Origin: Macrostomum hystrix
Taxonomy: Eukaryota > Animalia > Platyhelminthes
Direction: 5' to 3'
DNA length: 64,000 nt
NCBI GenBank assembly: GCA_950097015.1
Contig: CATNEN010000029.1
Coordinates: forward strand, 4,092,001 to 4,156,000
Part shown: one piece after another, positions 37,361 through 49,995 of the stretch
Numbering within the stretch: the first letter of the stretch is position 1
Layout of the letters: every line of letters begins with the position of its first letter
Made by a program: the position numbers and the translations under genes
The notes under the pieces: generated by a model
Told to the model about the DNA's origin: nothing
Databases searched by the model: none
What the model saw: the letters and a program-made list of their open reading frames with translations, nothing else

Positions 37361-37460
37361 ATAATAAACTTTACGATTTCAAAAAGATTAGGTTTTCAAA
37401 ATCTCAATCACTAGGCAATCACTAGGCAACCCAGCACACCCTAATCAGCCGTGAGCTTAC

Positions 37461-37868
37461 ACAATGCTGCCCAGTCCAAGCCTGTCCACCAGAGCAGATT
37501 TCTGTCCGCAGAGTCCCGGATTGCAGGCGAGAAGCTTGTCGGCCTCCAATTCCGCGGGCAGTTCGCCCAAAGGTCGGACCGTCAGGCAGGGAAAGCAGAA
37601 GTGCCAATCGACAAGGAAGCTGGCCGGCTCGATGCTGACAATCTGGGCCACGACCCGGCAGCGACCGGCGGTGCGCCGCAGCGCGCCGGGATTCGAGCCG
37701 AACCGAAGCCACTGCACCTCGGATTGGCGACTGCGCAGCAGGGCCGGGTGAAACTCGATGAAAGCGCCCCGGTAGAGCCGGTCGCAGGCGAACGGATGCG
37801 AGTCGCCGGGAAAGTCACCTATTATGTTCACATCGTCGTCTTCCAGGATTTGAGACGAGACGCGAACT
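37461..37868 (-). CDS. UBE2O: UBE2O exon 3
   Basis: caacag|A GTT; 408 nt; LYRGAFI..VQWL..RCRVVAQIVSIEPASFLVDW; GT|gtaagc donor. Confidence 0.82.
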
Positions 37869-37984
37869 CTGTTGCGTTGGTTGATTTTGGGATAATCAGT
37901 CAGGTTATAGGTGGAATCGAACGTTGGGCACACACTACAGAATCCGACAATTCAATGTCCTTGCATCCCATATCTCAAAACGAA

Positions 37985-38620
37985 TGGGAGGTGTGGGATA
38001 ACTGGGATTATAGGTGTAGGATATCTGGGATTATAGGTGTAGGATAACTGGGGTTATAGGTGTGGGATAACTGGGGTTATAGGTGTGGGATAACTGGGGT
38101 TATAGGTGTAGGATAACTGGATTATAGGTGTGGGATAACTGGATTATAGGTGTAGGATAACTGGATTATAGGTGTGGCATAACTGGATTATAGGTGTGGG
38201 ATAACTGGATTATAGGTGTGGGATAACTGGATTATAGGTGTGGGATAACTGGATTATAGGTGTGGGATAACTGGATTATAGGTGTGGCATAACTGGATTA
38301 TAGGTGTGGGATAACTGGATTATAGGTGTGGGATAACTGGATTATAGGTGTGGGATAACTGGATTATAGGTGTGGGATAACTGGATTATAGGTGTGGGAT
38401 AACTGGATTATAGGTGTGGGATAACTGGATTATAGGTGTGGCATAACTGGATTATAGGTGTGGGATAATTGGATTATAGGTGTGGGATAACTGGATTATA
38501 GGTGTGGGATAACTGGATTATAGGTGTGGCATAACTGGATTATAGGTGTGGGATAACTGGGATTATAGTTGTGGGATAAATAGGATTATAGGTGTGGGAT
38601 AAATGGGAAATAATGCGTGG
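37985..38620. repeat. 22-bp minisatellite GGGATAACTGGATTATAGGTGT in UBE2O intron 2
   Basis: Direct reading. Confidence 0.95.
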
Positions 38621-39210
38621 AAGATCAGGGATTTTACAAGCGGAATGTGGCAAGTTTTTGTGAAAATGGAAATGGAAGCCAGAGTGCAAGAACTCTATAT
38701 TTAAAGAGTCAATATAAAACACCGAAATCCACAGTGTTAAAACAGTTATGAAAATCGCTAGGCTAAGCCATGTAGGAGCGAATTTGTTTTAAAGCATCTT
38801 TGTTTGGTTCGTCCGGAAATTGTTTTAAATAAGGAGGCAAATAAAATTTTATTTTGTTTTCGTTTTTAATGAAAAAACGGGTGTGTCTGATAACTGGTAA
38901 ATAAAAAAACTCATTTAACCTTGGATACTACGTGACAGTCGAGGACTATAGTCTGATAAATTTTATTAGCTTTGAATAATTAAATAGATTGTAATGCTTT
39001 TCAAAGCCAAAAAAACTGGATATTTCGCAGCGCTACTAAAGGGCTGTGTACAGCGGTTCAGTCCGTGGACACCAGACCAGAATTTCTACCCCTTCTGATG
39101 CTGATAGAACACATTTATTACTTTAGCTGAAGTTAAAACTCTCAAAAAAATCACTAGGCTAGATACCACTGAGACTGATACTACTAACAAGTAGATAGGC
39201 AAGCACTTAC

Positions 39211-39317
39211 ACTGTACCGTCCACAAACTTTAATTCGACAGTTTCTCGCTCGATAGTATGCATAGTGCCGTACCAGCCATCGTATTGAACTGACTGACGG
39301 CCTAGGTCGTCGATAAA
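39211..39317 (-). CDS. UBE2O: UBE2O exon 2
   Basis: ggattttcag|TTT ATC; FIDDLGRQSVQYDGWYGTMHTIERETVELKFVDGT matches the GDYIAYDCWLGKV..LKLSNG block; GT|gtaagt donor, phase 2. Confidence 0.85.
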
Positions 39318-39439
39318 CTGAAAATCCGTAACATCGATCACATCATCCAGATAAGAACTGGATAAATAAGGATTTCCCATTGCCGAATTATGACAGATAA
39401 GACAGGGACAGATGATACTGGGATAGTTTAGACGGTAGA

Positions 39440-40685
39440 GAAATGAGACAGGAGATATATAAAGCAAGGAGAGATGAGACTAGCCGTGGGGAGATAAGAC
39501 ACTAAAGACGGGAGAGATGAGACATATGGGAGATGAGGCAGGGGAGATGAGACAGGGGGGAGATGAGTTATGGGAAATATGAGACAGGGGGAGGTGAGAC
39601 AGGGAGAGGTGAGACAGGGGAGAGATGAGACAGGGGAGAGATAAGACATGGCAGAGATGAGACGGGGGGAGACGAGACAGGGGGAGATAAGACACTGAAG
39701 AGATAAGACGGGAGAGATGAGACGGGAGATAAGTTATGGGTAGATGAGTTAAGGGAAAATATGAGACAGGGGAGAGATGAGACGGGAGAGATGAGACATG
39801 GGAAGAGATGAGACAGGGGAGAGATGAGACAGGAGATATATAAAGCAAGGAGAGATGAGACAGGGGAGATGAGACATGGGAGAGATGAGTTATGGGAAAA
39901 TATGAGACAGGGGAGAGATGAGACGGGAGAGATGAGACATGGGAAGAGATAAGACAGGAGAGAGATGAGACAGGAGAGAGATGAGACATGGGAAGAGATG
40001 AGACAGGGGAGAGATGGGACAGGGGTAGAGATGAGACAGGAGAGAGATGAGACATGGGAAGAGATGAGACATGGGAGAGATGAGACAGGGGAGATATGAG
40101 ACAGGAGAGAGATGAGACATGGGAAGAGATGAGACAGGAGAGAGATGAGACATGGAAGAGATGAGACAGGGGAGAGATGAGACAGGGGAGAGATGAGACA
40201 GGGGAGAGATGAGACAGGGGAGAGATGAGACATGGGAGAGATGAGACACGGGAGAGATGAGACACGGGAGAGATGAGACATGGGAGAGATGAGACACGGG
40301 ATAGATGAGACACGGGAGAGATGACACACAGGAGAGATGAGACACGGGAGAGATGAGACACGGGAGAGATGAGACAGGGGAGAGATGGGACAGGGGTAGA
40401 GATGAGACAGGAGAGAGATGAGACATGGGAAGAGATGAGACATGGGAGAGATGAGACAGGGGAGATATGAGACAGGAGAGAGATGAGACATGGGAAGAGA
40501 TGAGACAGGAGAGAGATGAGACATGGAAGAGATGAGACAGGGGAGAGATGAGACAGGGGAGAGATGAGACAGGGGAGAGATGAGACAGGGGAGAGATGAG
40601 ACATGGGAAGAGATGAGACATGGTAGAGATGAGACAGGAGAGAGATGAGACAGGGGTAGAGATCAGGCATGGGAGAGATGTGACA
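39440..40685. repeat. Purine-rich ~18-bp minisatellite GAGATGAGACAGGGGAGA filling UBE2O intron 1
   Basis: Direct reading; the same family occurs in the opposite orientation at 63150-63470. Confidence 0.93.
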
Positions 40686-40748
40686 GGTAGACGTGCTTCA
40701 AGTTCAAGTCACAATACTAAAAAGCGAGAATCAGCAATAGCTACTCAC

Positions 40749-41258
40749 ATTGCCGCAGAGCAGTCGATCAGCGCAAATGTCCACAATTAGCTTGCTATAT
40801 CCGGGCACGTACAGGTGGCACTGGCGCCGAATGGCTTCAATAGTGCCAGCCTGGCCGCCTTCGTCACTAGCCAATCGGACAGCGTCGCCGGCCGAGAAGG
40901 CCCGATCGATAATGTAGACATTCGGGCCATCAGTTGGCAATGAATTGTTATAGATACTAAATTCCGCTGCAGCCATATGATTAGCGCCAGTGCTGGCAAC
41001 AGCGGCTAAGACCTGGGCGGAGTCCAGCTCGCCCGATGTGCCGCTACACAGCCAGTCGACAGCCGGATTTAGGCGCGACTCCTCCGGCTGTAAATCTTCA
41101 TAATCCTCAACTTCGACTACGCCAATGTCGGCGTAGCGTCGATCGTGGTCCAATTGGAGCACGAGGTCGTCCAGGAACAGACGATTGCCGATATGGCCAT
41201 CCGCCTGGCTGTCTGTTCCATCAGCTGTTGCCGCTTCAGCTAGGCCGGGTTCATTCAT
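40749..41258 (-). CDS. UBE2O: UBE2O (E2/E3 hybrid ubiquitin-protein ligase), exon 1 of 10
   Basis: ATG at 41258; YIIDRAFSAGDAVR..GQAGTIEAI resembles the UBE2O N-terminal DRS-x-x-PGDVV..GTVID block; AAT|gtgagt donor, phase 0. The ten exons total 4131 nt = 1376 aa with consistent phases. Confidence 0.88.
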
Positions 41259-42379
41259 CTCTCCCAGGGGAGGCACTAAATGAGGACTTAAAAGTTTGTC
41301 TATGGCGCTGAAATACGTACGCGATAAGTTTAAAGAAGAATATTTAAGAAATGATGTTATTGAACAACAGGAATGACAGTAAAATTGTCATTTTCACACG
41401 ATAGAAATGGTAGTTTGGGCCACGTGGCAGCGTTTGGGCCATAGACATTTCTAAGAAGCAGTATACAGTGAGCTAGTGTCAAAATGTGGTCATTCAATTT
41501 CTAATAACTTTTGGTTATGGCCATAGACAACACTTCAGACAAAACACTAAAGAGGTCATTCAATCTCAAGAATGACACTGAAATGGTCATTGAATCTCAA
41601 GAATGACACTGAAATGATCATCGAATGACAAGAATGACACTGAAATGATCATCGAATGACAATAATGACACTGAAACGATAATTTATGACAAGAATGCCA
41701 CAAATAATCCTTTTTTCAACATAAACCCTACCAATACTGAAAACTCAGCTACTTTTTATTGGGTCAACACAATATGATGTAACTGAGACAAACAAAAATA
41801 TAAACTACAAGTTTTGTACAGGACAGTGCACAATAATTATACAATACATTTAATGTATTGATATACTTGTGTATATTTGACAGTTACTTTCATATGTTGT
41901 CAAGATAGAGAGGAAAGAATCAGAACAATGTAAAAGAAACACTACGACAGAATACAGATACAATACAGATTGTACAATAGAGTATATGCATGTACAAATA
42001 GCCTACACCAAGTCAGGCAGATAAATAATGCTTAACCATTCGTCAGATACTAGATGGAATCGACTGAGGAATCGAACGAAGCTAGATCTTGGCTGATAAC
42101 TCTCTGGATAGTGTCCAGAAGCAGCAACAGAACAAGAAATAAGTGAACACTGACTTAAGGAATAGCGTAGAAGCGTTAAAAAACATAATTAAAGTACATA
42201 GCACACAGCCACGGTAAAAGAGATGACGCAATGACGAGGAAAATATAACTAATTTATTTTTTAAACTGGAACACGACATTAAACAAAGAAATTAATTACT
42301 TTTCAAAGAGAGCCATTACTTTTCATGCCACGAAAAATTGATTCCTATAATAATTTTGTGTAATAAAAGCTTAATTGTC

Positions 42380-43730
42380 TTGCTTCGATACCAGTTTTGA
42401 GTCTAGCTACGATTCAAGTTATAATTCTTGCTTCGATTCCAATTTATGATTCTTGCTTCGATTCCAGATTAGAGTTTTGCTACGATTGCAGTTTTGAGTT
42501 TTGCTTTGATTCTAGTTGAGTCATGCTACAATTCCCGCTGACACTCTTGCTTCGATTCCAGATTAGAGTTTTGTTACGATTCCAGTTATGACTCTTGCTT
42601 CGATTCCAGTTTAGAGTTTTACTACGATTCCAGTTTAGAGTTTTGCTTCAATTCCAGATTAGAGTTTTGCTTCGATTCCAGCTGACACACTTGCTTCGAT
42701 TCCAGTTTTGAGTCTAGCTACGATTACAGTTTTGATTCTAGCTACGATTCCAGTTTTGATTCTAGCTACGATTCCAGTTTTGATTCTAGCTACGATTCCA
42801 GTTTTGATTCTAGCTTCGATTCCAGTTTTGATTCTAGCTTCGATTCCAGTTTTGATTCTAGCTTCGATTCCAGTTTTGATTCTAGCTTCGATTCCAGTTT
42901 TGAGTCTAGTTTCAATTACAGTTTTGATTCTAGCTTCGATTACAGTTTTGATTCTAGCTTCGATTCCAGTTTTGATTCTAGCTACGATTCCAGTTTTGAG
43001 TCTAGTTTCAATTACAGTTTTGATTCTAGCTTCGATTACAGTTTTGATTCTAGCTACGATTCCAGTTTTGAGTCTAGTTTCGATTCCAGTTTTGAGTCTA
43101 GCTTCGATTCCAGTTTTGAGTCTAGCTACGATTCCAGTTTTGAGTCTAGTTTCGATTCCAGTTTTGAGTCTAGCTACGATTCCAGTTTTGAGTCTAGCTA
43201 CGATTCCAGTTTTGAGTCTAGCTACGATTCCAGTTTTGAGTCTAGCTACGAATCCAGTATTGTTTCTAGCTACGATTCCAGTTTTGAGTCTAGCTACGAT
43301 TCCAGTTTTGAGTCTAGCTACGATTCCAGTTGCGATTTTAGCTACGATTCCAGTTTTGAGTCTAGCTACGATTCCAGTTTTGATTCTAGCTACGATTTCA
43401 GTTTTGAGTCTAGCTACGATTTCAGTTTTGATTCTAGCTACGATTTCAGTTTTGATTCTAGCTACGATTCCAGTTTTGATTCTAGCTACGATTCCAGTTT
43501 TGAGTCTAGCTACGATTCCAGTTTTGATTCTAGCTACGATTCCAGTTTTGAGTCTAGCTACAATTCCAGTTTTGATTTTAGCTACGATTCCAGTTTTGAG
43601 TCTAGCGACAATTCCAGTTGCGATTTTAGCTACGATTCCAGTTTTGAGTCTAGCGACAATTCCAGTTGCGATTTTAGCTACGATTCCAGTTTTGAGTCTA
43701 GCTACAATTCCAGTTGCGATTTTAGCTACA
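42380..43730. repeat. 24-bp minisatellite TAGCTACGATTCCAGTTTTGA(T/G)TC
   Basis: Direct reading (LATIPVLI translation). Confidence 0.95.
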
Positions 43731-44397
43731 TATCTAAAAAATTAGCAAGATCGTGTAAAATTGTTATTAACATAGTTTTAAAAGAAAGTTTATAAAAAGG
43801 AAAATTACGATTGCACATAAAGAGTATCAAAGACATCAAAAGATAGCAAGAGACGACACCCTGGATAGTCAAAGAACAAGGAAAACGGTAAGGTGTAAGA
43901 AGTAAGAGTGAACCAGAAATGCAAAAAAATATCTTCATTATTTTACGACTAAATTGCAAACAGCAGGTTATTCGACTAACGGTACCTCGACTGGAGGCAA
44001 AGCATTGGCCAGAAACAATCAAAGAGTACACGCATAATTTTGTTTTAGAAAGGAAAGCAAAAAACACAACTTTCATAGAGCACTACTGTGAGTAATGGTC
44101 CATGGTTAAAAATGTTGTTCAGACATCGGTATTTAAAAATACAGCGCACAAGACCAGAAGAGACGACAGAAATGCAAGCTTTCAAAAAAGGACGCACAGA
44201 GAGGTGAAGCTATGTAGCGTAAATCTAAGAAAAAAATGAGATTGTCACATTTCTCACTACGCTACTATTCTAAAACAAGTAGTATAAATGGCTTTTTATA
44301 AAATTATAAAAATTAGAACACACGCGTAACAGTTACAATCAAAGTGTAGTTTGATTAAATCGAAATTCATCAGCGAAAACGATCTACTGATGTCGGG

Positions 44398-44747
44398 TCG
44401 GGGGTGAGTGGCAGAGCGATATAACGCGTTTGCCTCTCGCACCAAGGTCCCCGAGCTCGATTCCGCAGCGAGGCCACATTCATTTGAAGCGCAGCCGCGG
44501 AGAGAAGGCTTGGAAGATTTACGACCATGAGCAATGAGGCCCAACCTCCAAGGCACAGTAAAAGTGTACACTGCCTGACGATGAGAAAGTCAGGGCAGAT
44601 GTACACACCTGTGTGAGAGTGTGCCTGCGTACGGTATCCGTGTTAGTGTGTGCTCAGGAGTCAGCGAAATGGGCAGAACTGTATCCTCAATGGCTGTCAG
44701 TTCTAGAAGTTACACTAAAGGATGTGGCATTGCCGGCAGCCCTGCTG
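44398..44747 (+). mobile_element. SINE family B copy
   Basis: gtggcagagcgatataacgcgtttg..gctcgattcc head; gggcagatgtacacacctgtgtgag..caggagtcagcgaaatgggcagaa body. Confidence 0.8.
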
Positions 44748-45032
44748 TTGTAGAACAGTTGTCAATCTGGCACAGCTGATTAAAATTGTAATATGTTTTT
44801 TCAAATCAACTATAATTGACACAATGGACATTCAGAAACAAAGGTAAGTGTACAAAGAATGTATTTTTGCGTTTAACAGAAAAAATCTGAGGCTGCCCCC
44901 ATCACAAGCCAAGCGTGCCGATGCCATTTAACAGCTCGGAGTTTTTGAACTCGGCCGCAAACGCTGCGGTATCTTCGCCGGCTCCAGCAGCATCCGGCAG
45001 AACAAAAACAATGCCTTCCTCAGCTCGATCGT

Positions 45033-46049
45033 CTAATTGATGATCGACTCCGTCATTGGTAGAGTTGCGGCGAGTTTAGTAGCGTCTGGCGATTTCGACT
45101 GCGCCACAATGGATAGTCGTAATCGTTTATTATTGCTGTTACTCACATTACTATTATTATTATTATTGTTGCTGTTGTTATTCACAACAGTCGATCCGGC
45201 TGCGGCAGACGGCCGTCGGGCGTTGAAGCGCGACTTCTCTTCGTCGGTGAAGCCGACGCCGCGTTTTCGACAATTGCGAAATTTCTGACTTAAACGATTC
45301 TTCCACAGGGCTAGAGCTTCTTCGCGCTGAAGGCCTTCGTCTAGCTGGGGATAAAGTGACAGTAGGGCTTCGGCCACCTCAGCGTACTGACTAGTCTTTG
45401 GATAGAATGTGTACTGACGAATCTGTTGGAACATGATGTCCAACAGGCGGGTTAGTTCGTCTCTACTTAGGGCGCCGCCGGATGCGTTCAGAATGGCGGC
45501 AGACAGGGATTGGTCGAATCGGTCAACTGGAATGACAAATGGACTGGGCCAATATTGCTCCGTAATGGCGGTGGCTGCAGTTGGTGCGTCGATGCAAACT
45601 GAAGGAGCAGGAGACAGAGCAGGTGTCGGCATTGTACGTGGCGGCGGCGGCTGCTGAAGCGGCAGCGGCATCGGCAACAATGTTAGGGATAATTGTGGGG
45701 GCGGTGGGGCGAAAGCAGCCGATGCGGTGTCGCTAGGCGAAGACTCGCTTGGATAAGCGGCACCGTTGGCGCAGTCGAACGAAGCCTCGTCAACAATGTT
45801 ACAAGCGGCAGCGGGAGCAGCCAAAACAGTTGGTGGTGTGGACAGCGGCATCGCTAGTAAACGCGAATTCGGCTGCAACTGATCGTCGGGTAGTTCAACG
45901 TCTAGCCAATCAGCGTAGCCATCGTGCCAGCGCTGCAGCAGCAGCGGCGGCTGGACATCAAATCGATGACAGATGGCGCCTTCTAGGCTGCTAAGAGTGG
46001 CCACAGTGACTAGCTTCTTGTGACGACCACAAGTAACATGGAACTCCAT
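45033..46049 (-). CDS. SAMD3-like / transposon-associated uncharacterised protein (338 aa, probably C-terminally truncated)
   Basis: Single exon from ATG 46049. N-terminal small domain (LLLQRWHDGYADWLDV), Pro-rich linker, then WPSPFVIP..YTFYPKTSQYAEVAEALLSLYPQL..WKNRLSQKFRNCRKR, resembling the recalled SAMD3-like block WP..F.IP..YPT..Q..EVA.AL...HPCL..WK..LK.KM.NYR. Confidence 0.6.
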   Translation of the reverse strand: MEFHVTCGRHKKLVTVATLSSLEGAICHRFDVQPPLLLQRWHDGYADWLDVELPDDQLQPNSRLLAMPLSTPPTVLAAPAAACNIVDEASFDCANGAAYPSESSPSDTASAAFAPPPPQLSLTLLPMPLPLQQPPPPRTMPTPALSPAPSVCIDAPTAATAITEQYWPSPFVIPVDRFDQSLSAAILNASGGALSRDELTRLLDIMFQQIRQYTFYPKTSQYAEVAEALLSLYPQLDEGLQREEALALWKNRLSQKFRNCRKRGVGFTDEEKSRFNARRPSAAAGSTVVNNNSNNNNNNSNVSNSNNKRLRLSIVAQSKSPDATKLAATLPMTESIIN

Positions 46050-46893
46050 TAGAGTTTGTAGGCTATATAAGTACTCTGTTTGGCTTTCCAAAGATGCTAC
46101 ACCACTCCAACAAATGGAGATGGCGGCTGAAATAGTGACAAGTAAGGTCATGTAATATAATTCCAAGAAACTAATATAACATTGGGTATGCTGTTTTTTA
46201 TAGAAAAGAAAAATTAAAAAATGTATCCAATACTCGTATGTCACTTTTCACTAAATGCACAAAAACAGAATGTCAAAATGTATAAGTAGGCCTAGTAGCA
46301 GGTGCTATAATTTTTTATGAAAATGTTCCTAACTATATAGGTTATAGAAATCTAGGAAATGCCTATATTATCTGAATCTGTTACATCTTCGAAGCAATAC
46401 ACAGCCTGCTATACACAGCCTAGGCTAAATTTTATTTGAAGGCCCAAGATTGCCAAGCAAACTGCCTTATAACAAATAAGAAATTAAGAAAGACAAGGTT
46501 GTCCCCTGTAGCTATCATCTCTACTAGAGTACAGTGTGAACTTTTCTCACAATATATTGTTTAGTTAAGCCCCTTGTGCTAAGACTAAAAGTAAGAGCTA
46601 ATTTGGTGGCAATATTTTATTCTTTAAAGATAAACAAGTAAAAAATACAATAGTAAAAAATATAATATTGCTTTATGAATATAAATATAATCTTTAAACT
46701 TGGGAAAAGACCTACATGAACTTCAAAGGGGCCTTAAAAAAGTCTGAGTTTAGTCTATAGCAATAAGCAAGAAATCTAAATATACAGCCTAGAAACTTTA
46801 GTCTTTAGAAATGTAGAAAGTTTCTTAGCTATCTAATATTAACATTTTATTAGTTTCTTAACTAGGAAACACAAGAAACATTTTGATTAGGCC

Positions 46894-47067
46894 CCATAGT
46901 GCAAAAGGATTTTTGTGTACAACGGAAGATAAATTTCAATTTTGGCCTGTCATACAACAGTGCGACAGAGATTGAAAAATGGTGCTAGTGTTGTACAACA
47001 GTGTACGACAGATGATCCATGTGTACGACGGAAATTTCTGGCGTACACCCATCCTTTTGCACTATGG
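46894..47067. mobile_element. 174-bp MITE
   Basis: Perfect 17-bp TIRs CCATAGTGCAAAAGGAT (46894-46910) / ATCCTTTTGCACTATGG (47051-47067); flanks ATTAGGCC / ATTAAGCC form an 8-bp TSD with one mismatch; internal GTGTAC/GTACGACAG subrepeats. Confidence 0.75.
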
Positions 47068-49769
47068 ATTAAGCCTAGCTGCTGGAATATGAATTACATT
47101 CCTCACTTCTAATAACAGATAAGCTGTAGCAACAACATGCAGCAACATGAAAAAAACACTAATAGCAAAATGTTTCTAAACTTTTCTAAACAAAAGCTAC
47201 TAATTTGTTGACTTTTATCTTGAAGTTTGTAAAGATCCCTTCATAAGGTCTAAGGTTAATATGGATAAATTATAGGTCTAGGCTAACAAATAAAATATTA
47301 TCCTAACTGTGAATACATTGATTATAATAAAAACAATATATATTGTTGTACACACTTTACACTAGCTAACCAAAATGCAAAAATTACCATTTAGAATATG
47401 CACCAGAAATTTCTGGGAGTCTAGGACCATCTAGGTTCTGGTCTTTTTATCTGCCACCATTTTGTCTGCCAGTAGACAAGTTGACTTATTTGTTGGCAAG
47501 TGAAATTTATGAGCAGGCAAGTTGGCAAACTTGATCTTAACTTGAATAAGAATAAATTAATCACCTTGCTTTCATGCCACTGCCAGTGTAATCCCAGTGT
47601 GTGATAGTGACTTAAGGATCAACAGATTTTTTAGTTATTTGACTAAATTGACCAGATTTGTAGGCCTAGGCCCTATATACTTTTTGTTTTGTGTGAATGA
47701 AAGGAAAGGTCAACTTGCTGCTCACCTATACCATACTATTAATTGGTTGTATATATAACAGGCTGTGCCTGTGTGGTGTCTGTGATATCTTAAAATAGCT
47801 TTTAGCCACTACAATAAGTATGTACTTTTATTTTAAGGCAATAAAAGTCATGGCAGCCAACTTAGCTTTAATTGTCCTTATGGCAGACTTGTTTGTACAA
47901 TGCTTTTTTTAAAGATAAGTTAATAACAGACAAGAATGCATCATGGCCATGTGGAAAGCACACAACAGAGACCTATATCCCAATCCTGAATGATACGTCC
48001 TATTTTCCAGTACCAGTAACAGTACCAGTACCGGAAAAAAATAATAGTTAAAACAAAGGGTCGTAACATAGAAAAAAATTAATTGCCATGGCTGTAGATG
48101 AAGCACGTTCTATTTCAGCTTCCTACAGCATCCAGCGCCGGAGCAGTGGACCCTTAAAGTGCGTCTCCCCACCCCAGCCATATGGCCTTTTGGCAACTTC
48201 AGATATGCGCGAATTAGCCAATTTTATATAGTTTCTTTGGCGGCATATCTTAATTGAACAGTGAACATGCATACTTTTTTAAGCCTTCACGTTGCTTACT
48301 CCTCGTCAATTGTTGTGCAGGATTTGCTTTTAATAGTTAGGTTTAGTCTCTTTAAACTCAACTGGCGCTGTAATCCCAGCGTATTACGAGCGTGCCTTCC
48401 TAATGCTATTGTTAAGTCTTAGATGGTTTTAATTTTCTGACAGCTTACTGTACCTGACCTTCGTGATTTACTCGCTTTTAATTTGATGATTGCTGGCCTT
48501 CAATTTCACTGGCTAGGTGAGGAGTGGGGTTGGAACGCCATGCTTCGATTTTTTGTTTTATCGCTTCTCTTTACCTCCTGCATTGCTTTTAAACGAGGAA
48601 AACTTAGCACTGTACATCTATCACCGCTTATTTTTGGTGAATATGAAGAATGAGAGCTTTGCTTCTCTCCTTCCTACCACGATCCTAAATCCATATGGGG
48701 TCAGATCGTTCTGAAACTTGATTTCAAAAACTCCCTTTTGAATCGCAAGACTGTCTAAGAATACTATCGGCGTCACGCTAGAGGTAAGTTTGGCTTTGCT
48801 GCGCTGATTTGCCTTTCATGTACGTGCATGCACATGTACTGCTTGTGAATGACGGTCACATCCAGGGGAGTCTATAAGACTTAGACCCAAAGATTCGCCC
48901 CGAGTTCACTTATTCATTTCAGAGCAAACCCGGTCCGGCATGGCCGCAGCTGTGCTGACGTGGAGCCGCCTGAAATCGACATGCAGCTGTGCTGAAGTGG
49001 AGCCGCCTGAAATCGACCCGCAGCTGTGCTGACGTGGAGCTGCTGGACTCGACCCGGCCCGGCCTGTCCCGACCCGCAGCTGCCTGCATCGACCCAGCCC
49101 TGCCTGAAATCGGAGCAGCCCGGACCCGATCTGGAACGAGATCTGGAGGAGGCCGGGACCGCACAAGAAGACTGGATCGATGAAGGGAAGGGGATAATGA
49201 ACAGTAGGAAAGAGGCCTGTAGGAATGAACGGTAGAAGCGGGAACACTAACTTCCTAACTCAAATCAGGCGTTTTCAGGACTTTCCCCCCATAGAAAAGG
49301 GGTCGGTGCAGTGCCTGCCAATTAACTAGTCTAATGATAATGACTGTACTAGACTCAAGGCTGCGACCTCACTCACCCCGAATTCTCATGAGTACTGTTG
49401 CTACGGTATTGTCTCCTCCTCGGAACGAGGGGTTTCGAGGACATTATATAAGTCGGAGCGGAGCGCGGAAAAAAGAACCGCCGAGATTTTGATAGAGTTT
49501 TATCTTTGAGCCCCGTTAAGTTAGCCAATTAGAAAACTAACTGTGTTTGTGTTCTTTCTTGATCTGATCCCGAGGTAAGGATTCGGACGAGGATTGCTAC
49601 CGACAGCCAGGATTCTGGGACTCGATAGTCGTTAGTAGTTATAGCCTTCAAGCCATATAGACTGCCACAAACCGCTAGACTACATAAAGGAAAGTACCAA
49701 AACAGAGACGGAACTTGAAGCGCTATAGAGTCAAAACACATGTACGTGCCCTAAATGAAAAGAACGACT

Positions 49770-49995
49770 CAAGATTGTTGCGATCCCAGAGAATGTGTCA
49801 CTAACTCCTCATTGCTTCAGTACAATCAGCTGTAAAATGAGTACGAGTATGAAGGGTTGCGACCCACAAATCTTCGGACTGAACAACAGTCATCAGATGC
49901 GTCGCGTAATCTGCAGCTGTGCTGTCGGTTGCAAATCTCGCATAGGGGCCAGGTGTAGAACATTATCGTAATCAATATTATTATTATTAATATTA
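49770..49995 (+). mobile_element. Diverged SINE family A copy
   Basis: cattgcttcagt..cagctgtaaaatg core, ggactgaac..cagatgcg..gctgtgctgtcgg body and ATT-rich tail. Confidence 0.6.

Noticed and set aside
39480-40670. Long Ser/Leu/Pro/His/Cys ORFs on the minus strand
   Set aside because: Translations of the purine-rich intron 1 array.
42708-43745. 345-aa hydrophobic LATIPVLI ORF resembling a membrane protein
   Set aside because: 24-bp minisatellite with degenerate copies extending upstream out of frame.
48906-49250. GC-rich patch with short 30-35-bp repeats and several small ORFs
   Set aside because: No recognisable domain, start or splice context; possibly a repeat remnant, but it cannot be supported as a gene.
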